Below are positions 8,664 through 17,227 of a DNA stretch of 64,000 bases, one piece after another. The stretch covers positions 148,020 through 212,019 of the forward strand of contig CAVXLT010000005.1 in assembly GCA_963762715.1 (NCBI GenBank), given 5' to 3'. The position numbers and the translations under genes were made by a program. This DNA is from an uncultured Thermoleophilia bacterium. GTDB lineage: Bacteria; Actinomycetota; Thermoleophilia; Gaiellales; Gaiellaceae. The notes beneath the pieces were generated by a model. That model saw nothing but the letters and a program-made list of their open reading frames with translations, did not search any database and was not told the DNA's origin. The number at the start of each line of letters is the position of its first letter. Position 1 is the first letter of the stretch.

Positions 8664-9553
8664 CCGTCGCGCTCCGGAGGGCGTCGCCGCCTCGGCGGCG
8701 CCCTCTGGCGGCGGCCCTGGCTGAAAGGGCTGTCGCTGCTCTCCCCGCCGGTGGTGGCGTTCCTCGCCGTCTACGTGACGGCGCTCGTGGCGCTCTTCGT
8801 CTCCTCCTTCTGGACGGTCGACCCGTTCACGTCGCAGACGGTGCACCACTGGACGCTCGACAACTTCCGCGAGCTGTGGCGGGGAGCCACCTACCACCGC
8901 GTCGCCCTGCGCACGGTCTCGATCGCGGCGGCGGTGACGGTGACCGACGCGATCATCGCGCTTCCCGTTCGCGTACTTCATGGCCCGGGTCGCGGGGCCG
9001 CGCACGCGTGCGGTGCTGTTCGTGCTCGTGCTGCTGCCGCTCTGGGCCTCGTACCTCGCCCGCGTCTACTCCTGGCGGCTGATCCTGAACTCGGACGGCC
9101 TGCTCAACTGGTCGCTGCACAGGGTCGGCCTGCCGTCGGCCGGGATCGCCTACACGAACACCGCGATGTGGATCGTCTTCTCCTACATCTGGCTGCCGTT
9201 CATGATCCTGCCCGTCTACTCGTCGCTCGAGCGCATCCCCCACTCCTACATCGAGGCGTCGCGCGACCTCGGCGCGCGCGGCGGACGGACGCTGCGCACC
9301 GTGATCCTGCCGCTCGCGCTGCCCGGCATCGTCGCCGGCTCGATCTTCACGTTCTCGCTCACGCTCGGCGACTACATCACGCCGATCCTGATCGGCGGCG
9401 CGTCCAGCCAGTTCATCGGCAACGTCGTCTACGACTCGGTCAACGGCTCCGGGAACCTGCCGTTCGGCGCCGCCTTCGCCGTCGTGCCGGTGGTCGTGAT
9501 GGGCGTCGTACCTCGTGATCGCGCGCCGGCTGGGAGCGTTCGACGCGCTGTGA
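8664..9553 (+). pseudogene. ABC transporter permease (PotB-like), at least 2 apparent frameshifts (~8965, ~9507); start undetermined
   Basis: The permease sequence (LLSPPVVAFLAVYV...; LLPLWASYLARVYSWRLIL...EASRDLGARGGRTLRTVILPLALPGI) is split over frames. No ATG/GTG is found in the first frame after the potD stop. Confidence 0.75.
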
Positions 9554-10351
9554 CCGGACGCGCGGGACGAAGATCGCGCTCGGCGTCTGGGTCGGCGCTC
9601 GTGCTGGCGTTCCTCTACGTGCCGATCGCGGTCATCTGCCTGTACGCGTTCAACAAGTCGAACGTGCAGAGCTGGCCGATCGCCGGCCTGACGACGCGCT
9701 GGTTCTCGCCGGCGATCCACAACCCCGAGCTGCGGCAGGCCCTCTGGCTGTCGTTGAAGGCGGGGGCCCTCGCGACGGCGATCGCGCTCGTGCTCGGCTC
9801 GATGGCGTCGTTCGGCGTGCACCGGTTCCGCTTCTTCGGCCGCGAGTCGGTGTCGTTCCTGCTCGTGCTGCCGATCGCGCTGCCCGGGATCATCACCGGC
9901 ATGGCGCTCAACTCCTACTTCACGTTCTGGAAGTTCAACTTCGGGCTCTGGACGATCGTGATCGGCCACGCCACCTTCTGCGTGGTCGTCGTCTACAACA
10001 ACGTGCTCGCCCGCCTGCGCCGCGTGCCGGGCTCGCTCACCGAGGCGTCGATGGATCTCGGCGCCGACGGGCTGGCAGACGTTCCGCTACGTCACGTTCC
10101 CGACGATCTCGACCGCGCTCATCTCGGGGGGGCTGCTCGCGTTCGCCCTCTCGTTCGACGAGGTGATCGTCACCACGTTCACCGCCGGCGCGCAGAACAC
10201 CCTGCCGATCTGGATCTTCGGCCAGATCCGGCTCGGCCAGCAGCTGCCGCAGGTGAACGTCGTCGTCTTCGTCATCCTTGCAATCACGATCATCCCGGTC
10301 GCGCTCGCCCAGCGCCTGACGAGCGAGAGCGGGATACTTCGAACCGAATAG
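9550..10351 (+). pseudogene. ABC transporter permease (PotC-like), apparent frameshift near 10070
   Basis: GTGA overlap with the previous gene. LAFLYVPIAVICLYAFN...EASMDLGADG is followed in another frame by WQTFRYVTFPTI...VTTFTAGAQNTLPIWIFGQ...stop. Confidence 0.78.
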
Positions 10352-10361
10352 GAGGTGTGAG

Positions 10362-11779
10362 ATGGCGACAGATCTCGATCGGCGGACGTGGACGAGCGAC
10401 GCCGGGAGACGATCGACCCGGCGACCGGCGAGACGATCGCCCAGGTGCCGAACATGTCGGCCGCCCAGAGTCGACGAGGCGGTCGAGAAGGCGAAGAAGG
10501 CACTGCCGGAGTGGCTCGACGCCACCCCGAAGCGAGCGTCGGAGCTGCTGCTGAAGCTGGCGGACGTGATCGACGACAACGCCGAGGAGCTCGCGGCAGA
10601 TCGAGTCGCGCAACGTCGGCAAGCCGCTGATGGCCTACGCGCGGACGAGATGCCGTTCTGCGCCGACAACCTGCGCTTCTTCGCCGGCGCCGCGCGGAAC
10701 CTCGAGGGGAAGGCGGCGGGCGAGTACATGCAAGGGCTACACGTCGATGATCCGCCGCGAGCCGATCGGCATCGTCGCCGGCATCGCCCGTGGAACTACC
10801 CGCTGATGATGGCGGTCTGGAAGATGGGCCCGGCGCTCGCGGCGGGCAACGTGCAGATCCTGAAGCCGTCGGAGCAGACGCCGATGTCGCTGCTCCGGTT
10901 CGTCGAGCTGGCGAAGGACGTGATTCCCGACGGGGTGCTGCAAGGTGGTGACGGGCGACGGCGTCCCCGTCGGGCGAGCGGATCGTCAGCATCCCGACAT
11001 CGGCCTCGTCTCGCTCACCGGCGACGTCGAGACCGGGAAGACGATCGCGCGCAGCGGCGCCGACACCTTCAAGCGCATGCATCTCGAGCTCGGCGGCAAG
11101 GCGCCGATGGTCGATCTTCGACGACGCCGACGTCGGAGGCGGTCGCGGAGGGGATCAAGCTCGCCGGCTACTGGAACTCCGGCCAGGACTGCACCGCCGG
11201 CTCGCGCATCATCGCCGGCCCGAAGATCTACGACAGCCTGCTCGAGGCGCTCGTGCCGGTGATCGAGGCGATCAAGGTGGGCGACTCCGGCCGACGGCGA
11301 CGAGTCGAGATGGGGCCCGTGATCACGCGAGGCTCAGCAGGAGCGGGTGCTCGGCTTCCTCGAGCGCGCCAAGGGCGCGACCGTGCTCACGGGCGGCTCC
11401 GCCCGGGGCGACCGCGGGTTCTTCGTCGAGCCGACGATCGTCACCGACGTCGCCCAGGACGACGAGATCGTCCAGCGCGAGGTGTTCGGGCCGGTCGTGA
11501 CCGTGCAGCGGTTCGCCGACGACGACCAGGCGATCGCGTGGGCGAACGACGTGCGCGTACGGCCTCGCCGCGTCGGTCTGGACGCGAGACGTCGGCCGCG
11601 CGTTGAACGCAGCGCGCAAACTCCAGTTCGGCACCGTCTGGGTGAACGACCACCTGCTGCCGATCACCTCGGAGATGCCGCACGGCGGCTACAAGCAGTC
11701 GGGGTACGGCAAGGACATGTCGATCTACTCGATGGAGGAGTACACGCAGCTGAAGCACGTGGCGCTGAAGATCGACTGA
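10362..11779 (+). pseudogene. aldehyde dehydrogenase (gamma-aminobutyraldehyde dehydrogenase-like) with about 16 apparent frame changes
   Basis: AGGAGG lies 6 nt upstream of ATG 10362. ALDH motifs are scattered over all three frames: ETIDPATGETIAQVP, PWNYPLMMAVWK, LELGGKAP, GQDCTAGSR, REVFGPVV, PHGGYKQSGYGKD. Confidence 0.85.
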
Positions 11780-11798
11780 GGGCCGCGCCCCGGTTCCC

Positions 11799-12006
11799 GG
11801 TGTCAGACACCTCGTGGTGTCTGACACCTAAAGGTGTCTGACACCAGTTCGGGTCGCGCTGCCGCACGTCCGCCGAGCCGCGGCGTACTACGCAACGGTG
11901 TCAGACACCAAAAGGTGTCTGACACCAGTTCGGCTCGCGCCACCGTGCGGCCCCGAGCCGCGGCGCAGTACGCAACGGTGTCAGGCACTAAAAGGTGTCT
12001 GACACC
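11799..12006. repeat. family-A hairpin repeat array (GGTGTC-N-GACACC pairs)
   Basis: 13-mers start at 11799, 11816, 11833, 11897, 11914, 11977 (degenerate) and 11994. Pairs are separated by 4 nt and recur every 80-81 bp with a conserved flank agttcgg.tcgcgc...gagccgcggcg. Lies between convergent genes. Confidence 0.85.
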
Positions 12007-12009
12007 GGT

Positions 12010-13326
12010 TCAGCGCAGGCGGAACGTCGGGTACGGCGTGAGGGAGACACAGCTCGTGTCGAGCCCTCGGGCCGTGCCCGCGTCGACGAAGTCGCGCACC
12101 ACGTTCGGCAGGCAGCCGAGCTGTTCCACGCCGTGGGCGCCGCCCGGGACGGTCACGACCTTCGCGTTCGGCATCGCACCGCCGATCCCGGCGACGTTCG
12201 CCGGCGGGTCCTTCGGGTCGGCGCCGCCGGCGAGCACCAGCACCGGCACGGCGGAGCGGACCCGCGACCAGTCCTCAGGCCCGGCGTCCGGCTGCGGCCA
12301 GGCCGCGCAGACCTCGTGCATCGTGTTCGCCCAGGCCGGCTGGTAGTAGGCGAGATAGGTGCCCCTGGCGTTCGCGGAGGTCTTGGCCGGGTCGGCCGCC
12401 GCCCAGGGCTCGGTGCACATGATCGCGAGCGGCATCACGCCGACCGTGGGGGCGAACAGCGCGTTCGCGCGGATCTGGCGCGCGAGCGGCGCGTAGGCGC
12501 CCGACTCGGCGCGTGCGAGCAGGAACGGAACCTGCACGGCTCCCGGTTGGGACGCCGTCAGCTCGCGGACGGTCGACGCGGTCGCGGCGGCATCGACCCT
12601 GGTGGAGCCGACGAGCGCCGGGTGGCGCGCGAGCTTTGCGAGCAGCGCGGGGAAACGCGCGTACCAGTGCGGGAACGCCCGCTCGCAGGCCGGATCGGCG
12701 CGGCAGCGCCGGTCGAGCAGCTTCAGCGCGCGCTGGCCGGTCGCGGCCCAGGTCTCGAACAGGGGCACGTCGAGGAGCGTCGCCCCGTCGAGGGTGACGG
12801 TGCGCACCGTCTCCGGGTGGCGGCGCAGGTAGACCTGCACGGCCGTCGCCCCGTAGGACGCGCCGTAGAGACTGATCCGCTCGTAGCCGAGCGCGCTGCG
12901 GACGGCGTTCAGGTCGTCCATCGCGTCGGGCGTGCGGTAGTGGCCCACGTCGGCGTCGAGCGACCCCAGGCACTGCGCGACGAGTTGCGCGATCGAGGTC
13001 GAGGTGGTCGCGAGTTGGCACCCGAGCGGATTCGAGCCGCCGACGCCGCGCTGGTCGACGAAGACGATGTCGTGGTGGGCGTTCAGCGGCGCGAACGACG
13101 CCGCGACGCCCGGAACGGTGTCCAGGTCGACGCCGCCGGGGCCGCCGGTGACGTAGAAGAGCGGCTCGCCGCGCCTGCCCGTCTTCTCCGTCGCGGGGAG
13201 CACAGCGACGCGGAGCGCGATCTGCCGGCCGTCGGGCCGGGCCCAGTTCTCGGGGACGTTCAGGCTGCCGCACTGGGCGGAGACGCCGCCGAGCGAGCAG
13301 GCGGCCAGCACGATCGCACCGAACAC
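12010..13326 (-). CDS. secreted alpha/beta hydrolase (tripeptidyl aminopeptidase-like)
   Basis: N-terminal hydrophobic/Cys segment, GGPGG, VFVDQRGVGGS, nucleophile elbow GASYGA, and a C-terminal GGAD...GGAHG. Confidence 0.8.
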   Translation of the reverse strand: MFGAIVLAACSLGGVSAQCGSLNVPENWARPDGRQIALRVAVLPATEKTGRRGEPLFYVTGGPGGVDLDTVPGVAASFAPLNAHHDIVFVDQRGVGGSNPLGCQLATTSTSIAQLVAQCLGSLDADVGHYRTPDAMDDLNAVRSALGYERISLYGASYGATAVQVYLRRHPETVRTVTLDGATLLDVPLFETWAATGQRALKLLDRRCRADPACERAFPHWYARFPALLAKLARHPALVGSTRVDAAATASTVRELTASQPGAVQVPFLLARAESGAYAPLARQIRANALFAPTVGVMPLAIMCTEPWAAADPAKTSANARGTYLAYYQPAWANTMHEVCAAWPQPDAGPEDWSRVRSAVPVLVLAGGADPKDPPANVAGIGGAMPNAKVVTVPGGAHGVEQLGCLPNVVRDFVDAGTARGLDTSCVSLTPYPTFRLR

Positions 13327-13369
13327 GAGGGGAAGGTCCTCCGGCGCGGGTCCTCCCGCATCGGGGATC

Positions 13370-14269
13370 TCACGCGTCGTTCTGCAGCAAGTCCGCGAGC
13401 TCGTCGGCGGACGGCTCCCAGTCGCCCGCCGCGGCGTTGGCGCGCGCCTGCTCGGGCTTGGTCGCCCCCGCGATCACCGAGACGACGGGCGAGACGGCGG
13501 CGAGACCGCCGATCGCGACGTCGAGCAGCGAGACGCCGTGCATCTCGCCCCAGGAACGCAGCCCCTCGACGCGGTCGAGGTCGGCGTCGTCGATCGCGCG
13601 GCCGTGCAGGCGCGAGTCCTCCGCCGGTGGCCGGTCGCGCGTGACCTTTCCGGTCAACAGACCGCGCGCGAGCGGGAAGAACGGGATGAAGCCAAGCCCG
13701 AGCCGCTTGCAGGCCGGGAGCAGCTCCGCCTCGGCGTCGCGGGCGAGCCACGAGTACTCGCTCTGCTCCGAGACGTAGGGGCCCTTCGCGAGCGCCCGCG
13801 CGCGCTCGAGGGTCGCGGGACGGTAGTTCGAGGTTCCGTAGGCGCGGATCTTCCCCTCGGCGACGAGCTCGTCGAGCGTGCCGATCGTCTCTTCGAGCGG
13901 CGTGCCTTCGTCCTCCTCGTGGTGCTGGTAGAGGTCGACGACGTCCGTCTGGAGGCGCCGCAGCGACGCCTCGAGCGCGGAGCGGATGTAGCCGGGGCTG
14001 CCGCGGCGCTCGCTCCCGTCCCCCATCGGCTTGCCGAACTTCGTCGCCAGGACGACGCGGTCGCGGCGGCCCGCGAGCACACGGCCGAGGAGCTCCTCGC
14101 TGCCGCCCTTGTTCCCGTAGATGTCGGCCGTGTCGAGGAACGTGACGCCGGCGTCGAGCGCCGCGTCGACGACGGCGCGTGTTCCCGCCTCGTCGAGACG
14201 GCCGCCGAAGTTGTTGCAGCCGAGGCCGACGACGGTCACCTCGAGCGGGCCGAGCTTCCGGGTGCGCAT
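13370..14269 (-). CDS. aldo/keto reductase
   Basis: MRTRKLGPLEVTVVGLGCNNFG, FLDTADIYGNKGGSEE, ATKFG and FFPLARGLLTGK. ATG at 14269 chosen inside the longer ORF 13370..14938. Confidence 0.9.
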   Translation of the reverse strand: MRTRKLGPLEVTVVGLGCNNFGGRLDEAGTRAVVDAALDAGVTFLDTADIYGNKGGSEELLGRVLAGRRDRVVLATKFGKPMGDGSERRGSPGYIRSALEASLRRLQTDVVDLYQHHEEDEGTPLEETIGTLDELVAEGKIRAYGTSNYRPATLERARALAKGPYVSEQSEYSWLARDAEAELLPACKRLGLGFIPFFPLARGLLTGKVTRDRPPAEDSRLHGRAIDDADLDRVEGLRSWGEMHGVSLLDVAIGGLAAVSPVVSVIAGATKPEQARANAAAGDWEPSADELADLLQNDA

Positions 14270-14299
14270 CGAGCGACCGTAGCGATAGCGTGCCGGGTC

Positions 14300-14740
14300 A
14301 TGCGCTGGTTCGAGGATTTCACGCCGGGCGAGGTGACCGAGATCGGGCCGATCGAGGTCTCGGAGGCGGAGATCCTCGAGTTCGCCCGCCGCTACGACCC
14401 GCAGCCGTTCCACATCGACCCGGTCGCGGCACAGGACGGCCCCTTCGGCGGCCTGATCGCAAGCGGCTGGCACACCGCCGCCCTCTTCATGGGCATGTTC
14501 GTGCGGGACATCCTGCTCGACTCGGCCTCCATGGGCTCGCCCGGCGTGGAGGAGATCCGCTGGACCGCGCCGGTGCGGCCCGGCGACGTGCTCCGCGGCC
14601 GCGTCACCGTCACCGACGTGCAGCCGTCGTCGAAGAATGCCGGCCGCGGCACGGTGTTCACGTCGAGCGAGGTCCATACCGAGGACGGAACGCTCGTGAT
14701 GACGCTGAAGGCGCGCGGCTTCTTCGCCCGCCGACCCTGA
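14300..14740 (+). CDS. MaoC-like (R)-hydratase, hotdog-fold protein
   Basis: FARRYDPQPFHIDPVAA...GGLIASGWHT motif. 146 aa. Confidence 0.85.
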   Translation: MRWFEDFTPGEVTEIGPIEVSEAEILEFARRYDPQPFHIDPVAAQDGPFGGLIASGWHTAALFMGMFVRDILLDSASMGSPGVEEIRWTAPVRPGDVLRGRVTVTDVQPSSKNAGRGTVFTSSEVHTEDGTLVMTLKARGFFARRP

Positions 14741-14785
14741 GCAAGCCACCCTCCCGCGTCCCGGCCCCCCGCCGAGCAGTCCAAC

Positions 14786-15059
14786 GGTGACTCCCAGCGG
14801 TGACTGGCACCGGCCGCCGCGCCCCGACCGCCGGCCCCAAGCCGAATCCGCGACCCCGTCACACACTCGTAACGGTGACTGGCACCAGCCGCCGCGCCCC
14901 GACCGCCGGCCCCAAGCCGAATCCGCGACCCCCGTCACACACTCGTAACGGTGACTGGCACCGGCCCGCGCGCCGCCAACGCCGGCCGCACGCCAGCGTC
15001 TTCGGTTCTCGTCGCACTCCTGTGACCGTGACTGGCACCGGGGAGGCGGTGACTGGCAC
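14786..15059. repeat. family-B tandem repeat (GGTGACTGGCACC core, about 76-bp period)
   Basis: Core copies start at 14786 (degenerate), 14799, 14874, 14950, 15026 and 15047. Two units are near-identical across the whole ~76-bp unit (...ccccgaccgccggccccaagccgaatccgcgacc..cgtcacacactcgtaac). Confidence 0.85.
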
Positions 15060-15127
15060 CGGCCGGGCGAACGTGACAGCGGGGGCGCAAGGGCGTAGAG
15101 TCGGCGCGCCCAGGCTCACCCTGTCCA

Positions 15128-15430
15128 ATGCGCGGGAAGGAGTTCGGCATGACCGTCGGTATCCGCATCAAGATCCCCGGTGTCACCCAGGAGCAGTTCG
15201 ACGCCGTGCACGATCACGTCAATCCGGTTCGCGACCCGCCGAGCGGGCTCCTGTTCCATGCTTCCGGCCCGATCGAGGACGGCTGGGGGATCATCGACTT
15301 CTGGGAGTCGCGGGCCGACTTCGACGCGTTCGCCGGACGGATCACCGCGGGCATCGAGGCGGCCGGCGTCCACCCGTCGGGCCCGCCCGACATCAAGGAG
15401 TTCCCCGTCCACGAGACGATCAGCGGCTGA
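15128..15430 (+). CDS. small dimeric alpha/beta-barrel (ABM-like) protein
   Basis: 100-aa GC3-biased ORF. Start could be ATG 15149 (MTVGIRIK...). No diagnostic catalytic motif. Confidence 0.55.
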   Translation: MRGKEFGMTVGIRIKIPGVTQEQFDAVHDHVNPVRDPPSGLLFHASGPIEDGWGIIDFWESRADFDAFAGRITAGIEAAGVHPSGPPDIKEFPVHETISG

Positions 15431-15446
15431 CCGCGATCGCCGTCGT

Positions 15447-15992
15447 CTAGGGAAGCAGGCCCTCCCGGTAGGGCGCCATCCGCGACTCGCCGAAGCGGGC
15501 ATACGCCGTGTCGGGGTCGCTCGTCTCCTCCTCGACGCCGACGCCGCGCCGGACGGCCGTCTCGTCGACCGTGTAGGCGCCCCAGTCGGGCCCGGTGGAA
15601 CGGTCGCGCGCGCCGACCGCGAGCACGAGACAGCCCTCGCCGCTGCCGACGATCGTGTGCGCGGTGCCCGGCGGGCAGTGCACGAGATCCCACTTTCGGA
15701 GCTCCCGCTCCGCTCCCTCCACCACGAGCAGCGCGGTGCCGCCGAGGACGAGGAAGTCCTCCTGGTCGGCCTCCCAGTGGTAGATGCTCATCGGCTCTCC
15801 CGGCCCGAGCGCCTGGATGTTGATGCCGAGCTGCTCGAAGTCGGCCCTGCCGTCGGAGCCCTCGAACTCGCAGTAGGCGCCACGCCCGTCCCGTTCGCGC
15901 CACGGCGCCTCGCGGGCGTTCAGCACGAACCAGCCCGGCCCCGTCGGCACCAGCCCATGCTCGGTCTGCTCGAGGGGCGACTCCGGAACCAT
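15447..15992 (-). CDS. cupin domain protein
   Basis: 181 aa. HWEADQEDFLVLGGTALLVVEGAERELRKWDLVHCPPGTAH is a cupin-type motif pair. ATG 15992 chosen within ORF 15447..16088. Confidence 0.75.
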   Translation of the reverse strand: MVPESPLEQTEHGLVPTGPGWFVLNAREAPWRERDGRGAYCEFEGSDGRADFEQLGINIQALGPGEPMSIYHWEADQEDFLVLGGTALLVVEGAERELRKWDLVHCPPGTAHTIVGSGEGCLVLAVGARDRSTGPDWGAYTVDETAVRRGVGVEEETSDPDTAYARFGESRMAPYREGLLP

Positions 15993-16011
15993 CACCCGGA
16001 AGTATCCCGGA

Positions 16012-16653
16012 TCAGACGTGCGCGAGCACGCCTCGCAGGGGTCGCGGCACGTCGTCCGGCTCGAGCGCCTGCACGAGCAGACGCGCATACCGGATCTTCC
16101 GCCGGTCGGCGCTGCCCATGAACCGTCGCAGCTGCTCCTCCACGCGCCGCCCGCGCCAGGCGGGCTGCTTCTGGAACGTCCGGAAGGAGCCCAGGTCGCC
16201 TTCCGCGTCGATCACCGTCTCGACGGACGTCGCGCCGTGCGCCCTGATCAGCTCGTCCTCCAGGTCGTCGACGCACACGTGGAAGCCGAGACGCTCCATC
16301 CCCTCACGCGTCAGCGGAGCGCCGAGACCGAAGCCCGCCGCCTCCAGCCCGCGACGGAACACCGCCTCCTCCCCCGCGTCGCACAACCCCGCCAGGTGCG
16401 TCGCGCACTCTCCGGCGGCGAACCGCGCCAGGAACCGGCCGATCGCCTGGGCGCCGCCGATCGGGACGATCGCCACGCCCTCCGTGGCCAGGTCGCGACC
16501 CGTGCGCGCCGCGAGCGTCTCCAGGGCCACCTGGTCGCTGATGCCCTCGACGAGGACGATCGCGCGCGCCTCGCCGGCCCGCGCGAGCGCGCGCACGGTC
16601 GCCGGCGGGCCTCCGCGCGGGAGCATCGACCGGTCGGGACGCTGTCGTGCCAT
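16012..16653 (-). CDS. stand-alone TOPRIM (OLD-nuclease-type) domain protein
   Basis: AIVLVEGISDQVALETLA...VAIVPIGGA...CVDDLEDELI resembles the Toprim E...DxD signature of OLD-family nucleases. No ATPase domain is present. Confidence 0.7.
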   Translation of the reverse strand: MARQRPDRSMLPRGGPPATVRALARAGEARAIVLVEGISDQVALETLAARTGRDLATEGVAIVPIGGAQAIGRFLARFAAGECATHLAGLCDAGEEAVFRRGLEAAGFGLGAPLTREGMERLGFHVCVDDLEDELIRAHGATSVETVIDAEGDLGSFRTFQKQPAWRGRRVEEQLRRFMGSADRRKIRYARLLVQALEPDDVPRPLRGVLAHV

Positions 16654-16696
16654 CGAACCGGAACGGTAACCGGGCGCGGCGCCTATCCTCGAGGCC

Positions 16697-17221
16697 GTGT
16701 CGAAGCCGCCGCGCGATCCTTACCCGCCCGATCTCGACGCCGACGACGAGCAGGCCGCCCCTGCGGAGCTCGACGACCTGGTCGACGTCGTCGCAACCGA
16801 CCGCGACTGGTCGAACGTGCGGCCCGGCCGGATCGGCGCCCTCCGCGCGGAGCTACGCCGCTGCAGGCTCACGGGTGCCGAGCTCGCGGAGGCGACCCTT
16901 CGCGACGTCACCTTCGACGAGTGCCGGGTCGACCTGGCCGGGATGCGTTTCGCGCGGCTCGACCGCGTCGTCTTCCGGGAGTGCCGGATGGGCGAGTGCG
17001 ACTTCTACGGCGCGTTGCTCTTGGACGTGCTCTTCGAGGGCTGCGAGCTGCGCGAGGCGACGTTCTCGGGCTGCAAGATCGAGCGGGTCGAGTTCCGGGG
17101 CTGCGACCTGACGGGGCTCCGCGGCGCCGAGGCGCTGCGGGGCGCTCGGCTGCCGTGGAGCGACGTGGTCGAGAACGCGGCGCTGTTCGCAACCGCGCTC
17201 GGCGTCGAGATCGTCGACTAG
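16697..17221 (+). CDS. pentapeptide repeat protein
   Basis: Successive A(D/N)LxX-type pentapeptides (LRRCRLTGAELAEATLRDVTFDECRVDLAGMRFARLDRVVFRECRMGECDFYGALLLDVLFEGCELREATFSGCKI...). Confidence 0.85.
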   Translation: MSKPPRDPYPPDLDADDEQAAPAELDDLVDVVATDRDWSNVRPGRIGALRAELRRCRLTGAELAEATLRDVTFDECRVDLAGMRFARLDRVVFRECRMGECDFYGALLLDVLFEGCELREATFSGCKIERVEFRGCDLTGLRGAEALRGARLPWSDVVENAALFATALGVEIVD

Positions 17222-17227
17222 CTCGCC

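Noticed and set aside
6571-11779. Programmed ribosomal frameshifting as an explanation for the frame changes
   Set aside because: The changes are too numerous, run in both directions, have no recurring slippery heptamer or downstream structure, and affect unrelated gene families.
11799-12006. Family-A hairpins as classic rho-independent terminators
   Set aside because: The stems are strong, but none is followed by a U-tract on either strand. A role in 3'-end stabilisation or protein binding remains possible, so the region is reported as a repeat rather than a terminator.
14800-15450. 216-aa ORF spanning the family-B repeats
   Set aside because: Its repetitive Pro/Thr/Gly/Arg translation simply mirrors the DNA repeat. 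It also runs out of frame through the better-supported small gene 15128..15430.
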